DNA from: Sphaerodactylus townsendi
Lineage: Eukaryota
Assembly (NCBI RefSeq): GCF_021028975.2
Contig: NC_059428.1
Span: 138,756,001-138,820,000, forward strand
DNA: 64,000 bases
Direction: 5' to 3'
Both the position numbers and the translations under genes were made by a program. Shown in pieces: positions 58,142 through 64,000 of this stretch. Within the stretch, counting starts at the first letter, position 1; every line of letters starts with the position of its first letter. The notes beneath the pieces were generated by a model that was not told the DNA's origin, did not search any database, and worked only from the letters and a program-made list of their open reading frames with translations.

Positions 58142-58427
58142 GAGCCAGCGTGGCACAGTGGTTAAGAGCGGGTGCACTCTAATCTGGAGAACCAGGTTTG
58201 ATGCCCCACTCTGTCACTTGAGCTGTGGAGGCTTATCTGTGGAGGTGAACTAGATTAGCTTGTGCACTTGCCAGCTGGGTGACCTTGGGCTTGTCACAGT
58301 TCTTCGGAGCTCTCTCAGCCCCACCCACCTCACAGAGTGTTTGTTATGGGGCGGGGGGGGGGAGATTGTAAGTCCCTTTGAGTCTCCTTACAGGAGAGAA
58401 AGGGGGGATATACATCCAAACTCTTCT
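58142..58427 (+). mobile_element. tRNA-derived SINE
   Basis: Same family, opposite orientation. Confidence 0.8.
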
Positions 58428-58950
58428 GCTAAGCTCTTCTTGTGTTCCGCCTCCACCTGAGGCTTACCCCCAGTGGCGTCATTTGCCCTCGTCCCTCGCA
58501 GCAGGCAAACCAGTTTGGGTGCCGCCGTCTCCTCCCCAGACAGGCCCAGCCGGTCCCTTCGCAGCTGTGAGAAGGCCAGAAGCTCCCCCGGGCGGCAGCG
58601 TGCCTGACAGGCGGTCACATCATCCCGGCACGAGGCCCGGGGGTGGTGCCGGGGCCCGTCTGTGATCCCGTCCACTGGCATCGCAAAGGAGGTTCTGAAA
58701 GGCACCAGAGCCAGCTGCACGTGGGTGGGGTGGGCAGGTTGGCCGCGCTATGCAAGAAGAGGCCATGGAACTATTGGGGACCCGGGGGGGGGGGGGGTAC
58801 ATTGAGAAGGAAAATGGAGAACAGTGCCACCAGTGGGAAGGAAACCGGAGTGGGCCAGCCAAGAAAGGGCACCGTGTGGTGTCACACTCAGGAACAGGGC
58901 CTCACCTGGCAACCTACAAGGGCAAGACGGCAGTGGAGGATACCTCAAAG

Positions 58951-58951
58951 G

Positions 58952-58989
<38 letters not shown>
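58951..58989. repeat. (TA)n(CA)n microsatellite
   Basis: Direct reading. Confidence 0.9.
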
Positions 58990-58994
<5 letters not shown>

Positions 58995-59249
58995 CACCAC
59001 CAGCTTCCTCATGTGGGACACTGCCGGACTCTCCGCTGGCCTGGCCTGGCTCCTCAGGCTCAGGGGGCCAGTTGAGGACACATTGTCAAAGCCTGGGAGG
59101 CGCTGCCACTGGCCAGGAGGCCCCAGCGGCCTACCGAGACCCCAGCTCAGCCAGTCCTGCCCGAAGGCTGACACCCGCTGGCCCTGGCCAGGCGGTCCGC
59201 GCCTGACTGCCCCTGAAACTGGAGACTCCCTTGAGTCGCCACGGCTGAA

Positions 59250-59950
59250 GGCCTCCGAAGAAGGCGGGCGGGGGGGGGGGGGGCAAACTGGGCCCGGAAC
59301 GCTGCCCACCCCCCCAGGGCCCTCAAGGGCTCAGCCCCAAGGCGGCCCTCTCCGGCGCCCCTCGGCTGTCCCCGGGGGCGGGAAACCTCGCGGCCCGCGC
59401 GGGGATCTCGGTGATGCAGCAGCAAGGGAGGGGGCGCTTATTGCCAGCAGCCCCAAAGGGCCTCCCCCTCCGCAGGCAGGCAGGCAGGGAGGACGGCGAG
59501 GCGAGGCGCGTGGCCGGCTGCCGGGGCGGGAGGGCTGTCCGTACCGGGGAGACCGAGCCCCGCCCGCCGGCCCAGCTGCGGCCAATCGCCGCCTCGCCGC
59601 GCCCCGCCCTCCCCGCGCGAGCTGCTGGGCGCCCCGGCACAGCCCCAACCACCGACCGACCGACCAGCCCGGCCACCGCCGCCGCCTCCTCGCCCCCGAC
59701 GGCCGGCCGGACCGCGGCGGCATCGCGCAGCGGCGGAGGGGCGCGGGCCGGGGCCACGCGGCGCTCCAGGCAGCCTCCCCCGGGCGGCGGCACCAGCAGC
59801 AGCGAGGTGAGTCCGGCGCGGGAGCCGAGGGCGGAGGGGGCGCGCCTGGGGAGGGAGGGGGAAGGGGTCCGGAGCCTGAGCAGCGCAGCCGGCGCCCCTC
59901 TGCCCAGACTGGCCGGGGAGCGAGAGTCCGCACCGAAGCAGAGCTGAACT
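59250..59950 (+). promoter_or_regulatory. VASN: CpG island: probable promoter and non-coding first exon (ending 59806) of vasorin, nested antisense in the CORO7 intron
   Basis: CpG island with GC boxes and CCAAT (59582-59586) followed by a consensus donor GAG|gtgagt on +. It lies in the intron upstream of CORO7 exon 10, where VASN sits in mammals. The VASN CDS is not in the window, so the name is inferred from synteny. Confidence 0.65.
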
Positions 59951-60967
59951 CCGGTGCTCCTCTGCAAAATACCTGAACGGGCGGGAGGAGCGCCTGAGCA
60001 TGTACAGAATGCCGCCCTGATGCTCCCCACTGCCCCTCCCTGCGCTCTCAAGTCCTGGGTCAGCCCCCGGAACTGGACCGGGTGTATGGAGGGGGGCACT
60101 CTCTGAGGGTCCTCTGCCGGGGCACGGGGTGGGTCAGGCCAAGAATGGGGCTCGCAGGCAGGCCTTCCCCAACCCCTTTTTTCTCGCGGGACTGCTAGAC
60201 AGTCTGCGATGGCTGCCAGTCAGGAGAAGAAGCCCCCCTGTGGGAGGAGAGCCAATGGGCCAGCTCCCACCCACAGGTTTCTCTGCGACTTCCAGCCAGT
60301 GGGTCAGTACCCCCCACCCCACACACACACACGCTGGGGGTAGAGAGACTCTGAAGTGGGGCACCCTCCCCTGTCTCCAGGCACCCCCATAGACTGGATG
60401 AGCCCCACAGGTGCTTATGAGATCTCCCAGAGATCCACCAGGTGAGTCCCTCCAGAGACTGGCCCTGCTTCTGAGCCAGCACATTGTGGACAAGGGTTCC
60501 GGATGCCCAGCAGCACCCCCTGGCCCAGGTCAGTATTCCCCCCCCCCTTCCACAATGCCCTGCCGCCTGGCACCTCTGCTCCCTGCCAGTTTCAGGATGT
60601 TGCCCTGTAGGCAGCAGGAAGCGGCAGAGCAAGAAAAGGCTTGGGTGGGGTCACGACGCCCCAGACCTCTCCCAGGCATTTCACAGTCGGTCCCAACCCT
60701 CGGCTGCTTTGTTAGTCAACAGGTGCAACTCTGAAGTGCTGCCGGCCCTCCCAGCGCTGGTGGAGGGGAGAGGCGGAGGTGCAGCCAGTGGGCCATTCTC
60801 TGCCATCCCCCGATCAGCTGGGATCTTGTTCTCAAGTTAAAATGTGCACCTTTCCTTCCTTCCTACCCCACAACGATAGTTTTACAATCAAAACTAAAAC
60901 CCAGTCAACCACCTCTGCATCGTGGAGAAAGCTGATTGAGAAATGTGCTCATTAAATACAGTTAAAT

Positions 60968-61120
60968 GTATTGTCGAAGGCTTTCATGGCTGGAATCATT
61001 AGGGTGTTGTGGGTTTTCCAGGCTGTAAGGCCGTGTTCCAGTAGCGTTCTATCCTGATGTTGAAACATCAGGAGAAAATGCTACGGAACACAGCCATACA
61101 ATCTGGAAAACTCACAACAC
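60968..61120. mobile_element. Penelope-like foldback copy, centre deleted
   Basis: Same family as 10538-10760. Confidence 0.65.
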
Positions 61121-61127
61121 TCTAATA

Positions 61128-61636
61128 CAGTGGTGGCGAACCTAGGGCATGGGGTGCCAGAGGTGGCACTCAGAGCCCTCTCTGTGGGCACGCACAGAGT
61201 GCCCCCCCCCCCATATCTAGACTGGCCTGGGCCACTGGGCTCGATTATTAGCATTAAACCTAAGACCTAGTTTTGGGGAAGCAGTGTAGGTAACCCTGTT
61301 AAACGCAGTTAACCCACTGATTTTCATGCGCTGAACTAAAGCACGATCCTTTACCTGGGAGTAAGCTTGGCTGCTGGCAATGGGGCAGAACCGCATTGAT
61401 TAAACCCTCCTAGGGTCGTAATTCACCCATTGGGAGAGTTGCATGGTTGCTTCAAAGCAAAGCCACTGACTACCACCAAGCTTACTCCTTAGTAACGGAT
61501 GCCTTGGAGCCAACTGTTTTTTCTAAACTAAAACCTCAGTATTCAGGTTAAATTGCCGTGTTGGCACTTTGCGATAAATAAGTGGGTTTTGGGTTGCAAT
61601 TTGGGCACTTGGTCTCGAAAAGGTTCGCCATCACTG
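61128..61636. mobile_element. Non-autonomous hAT element (509 bp)
   Basis: TIRs cagtggtggcgaacct / aggttcgccatcactg; perfect 8-bp TSD CTCTAATA at 61120-27 and 61637-44. Confidence 0.88.
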
Positions 61637-61871
61637 CTCTAATACAGTAAAAACTTGAAAAACAACTTGGCTATGACCATAGTCAAAGCCACACACATAC
61701 CCCTCCCCAGGACTCAGGAGAACAGTCATTTATTTGCCAAGCCCCCCACCCTGCGCATCAGCAATGATACCTCACAGCCGGAAAGGCCTTGCCCCAGCCA
61801 TCTGGCCCCTAACCTGGCAAGGGTGTGTGTGTGTGTCTGCCATCTGGTCTCTGGAGGTGACTGGTGCTGTG

Positions 61872-62168
61872 GAAGAAGAGTTTGGATTTATATCCCCCCT
61901 TTTCTCTCCTGTAAGGAGACTCAAAGGGGCTTACAATCTCCTTGCCCTTCCCCCCTCACAACAAACACCCTGTGATGTGGGTGGGGTTGAGAGAGCTCCC
62001 GAAGAACTGTGAGTAGCCCAAGGTCACCCAGCTGGCATGTGTGGGAGCGCACAAGCTAATCTGGTTCATCAGATAAGCCTCCACATCTCCAGTGACAGAG
62101 CGGGGAATCAAACCCGGTTCCCCATATTAGAGTGCACCTGCTCTTAACCACTACGCCAAGCTGGCTCT
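61872..62168 (-). mobile_element. tRNA-derived SINE
   Basis: Same family as 12397-12720. Confidence 0.8.
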
Positions 62169-64000
62169 CAGCACCCAGTACTCAGCTCTAGAGTGCTGCC
62201 TCTCTGTGGCTCAGGTGACGCGTAGGGCACGGGTGGTCCCGGGGCAGCAAAGGGTGTGGCCAGGTACCACTGAAACTCTGAAGGGCAGCTTGCAGGGGGC
62301 CTGGCCCAGGTGCCGAAGGAGCTGGCAAACTTGTTTGAGGCAGCAGGACTCTCTGAGTAGACGTCAGGCCTTGAGAGCATCATGAACCATAGAGCTGGAA
62401 GGGGCCATGCAGGCCATCCAGCCCAGCCCCGCCCCCTCCTCAATGCAGCACCAGCCTAGAGCATCCCAGGCAAGAGTTTGTCCAGCTTCCTTGGCAGCCC
62501 GTTCCCCGGCTGAACCTTCCTGCCCATAACGTAAGCCCACGACTGCGAGTCTTGCCACCGTGTCCCCTCAGCCTGTCCTCCAAGGTCTGACTCGGCATCA
62601 GGGAACTTCATGTGTCCCTTCCGCCCCACATCCTGTTTCCCACAGCAGCCAACCTGATGTCTCCCAGAAGCCCTTGAAAGGAGCAGCTGCCTTTAACACC
62701 TGGCTGCCGCTGAGCATGGAGGCTCCTGTTGGCATCTTGGTGGATAGCAAAGGCGGCAGGTTAATCTGCTGGGTACCCATGAATACTATCTTGTGGATTA
62801 CAAATGCTCTTTGCCACCCAGGGAGTTTTTCGTCCAGCGGTTTCCACCTTTCCCTGAGCCACTCCCCAGTCCGGAGGCTGGGTGAGGCCAGCCCAAGTTG
62901 CCCGTCCACTGGGCAGTCCCGGCTCCCTCCCTTGCCCAGCGGCAGCCTGCTTCCACCACAGCCCTGGAATCCTCATTAGGGGCGAGCTTGCAAGTGTCAG
63001 GGCAGGAGAGAGCCGAGGTGCCGGAGCTGAGCTGCCTCCCACGCAGCTGGCTCTGCGGCAGGCGGGCTGCAGGAATTGCGCCCTTCTGGGAAGGCGGCCC
63101 AGCCGCCCCCACTGCTTTCCTCCCAGGCACCTGAAGGGCGGCCTGACAGGCGGGGGTGGGCCGGGACGCTTCGGCTGAGGTGGGAGGCAGGCTGCTGTGG
63201 GGAAAGTTCTGGAATGGTGGCTGATTGATTGGGAAATGGGGGTCTGCGCTGGGGGGGTGGGGGTGGAGAGGGGCAGAGCTGGCCAGCGAGGGAGGCAGCT
63301 TGTGGCCTCAGAGGGTGAAAGGGGGCAGGAGGCCTCTGGGGCTGGCACAACAGAGTCACGGGGCGACAGCCTGTCACGGCTTCTGGGTCAGGCAGCCGTT
63401 TTCCAATGAGGCAGCCGACCAGATTTTGCATGCTGAGCCGGATGGGGCTAGTAGTGTCATGAGCCAGCCAGCATCCTGCGGCCCAAAAGCCAACAATGCA
63501 GTCTTGGCCACTTGGCCGATCCAAATGACCCACCAGGCCAAAGGCCCAGAGGGACCGGCTGCAGGGCATTCCAAGGGGGACTCCGGAATTGCCCAGCCAA
63601 AGGAGCCCGACCCTTGGCCCCCTCCTCCTCCTCCAAGGTGGATACGTGCCCCCTCCCCCAGTGACGCTCAGCCTAGATGCTGCTGGCTGCAACCTCCTCC
63701 CTCCAGGAGAGCCAGAGTCGAGGCACGCGGCCAGCTCCCGCGCTAGACAATAGCAGCCTTGTCCGTTCTGGGTAGGGGCTGGTGAGAAAAAATACCCAGA
63801 AAGGTAAACTGGTAGAAAAGGGTATTCACTCGCCCAGCAGGACAGAGACGGTGGCCCCACTGAAGTGAGCCAGGGGAAGAGGCTCCTAGCGAGAAGCAGC
63901 TAAATCCTGCAACTGGGGCCAGTTTGTAGGGTGGAAACGCAGGCGGAGTCTTGGTACAAAATTCAGACGGTGTGGCTTGAAGTGGGGCTGGTGGCTGTGC

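Noticed and set aside
58750-60099. 408-aa + strand ORF as possible VASN CDS
   Set aside because: No signal peptide, LRR, EGF or FN3 motifs; runs through a (CA)n microsatellite and a CpG island
62997-63860. 287-aa - strand ORF as an additional CORO7 exon or vasorin
   Set aside because: No WD40/coronin or LRR similarity in the frames I translated; treated as intronic

Overview
GC-rich vertebrate genomic DNA, most likely from a squamate reptile. The SINE, CR1, Penelope and hAT repeat content is gecko-like. It is syntenic with the human 16p13.3 block TFAP4-GLIS2-PAM16-CORO7(VASN). I reconstructed by hand, with GT-AG boundaries and consistent phases: complete TFAP4 (-, 7 exons, 315 aa), GLIS2 (+, 6 coding exons, ~521 aa), PAM16 (-, 5 exons, 124 aa) and the last 19 exons of CORO7 (-). 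A CpG island with a splice donor in the large CORO7 intron is the likely promoter and first exon of the nested gene VASN, whose CDS is not in the window. The most notable observations are: (1) a ~706-bp AT-rich, TSD-flanked non-coding insertion between TFAP4 and GLIS2 that carries a well-formed type I hammerhead ribozyme fold (27560-27635); (2) six Penelope-like terminal repeats with minimal hammerhead motifs, disabled on the host sense strand in every intronic copy; (3) no canonical poly(A) signal between the CORO7 stop and PAM16, together with phase-compatible splice sites for a CORO7-PAM16 fusion; (4) a possible 38-aa N-terminal extension and an in-frame retainable intron in GLIS2. Comparisons to human proteins and repeat families are from memory, and no database search was run.
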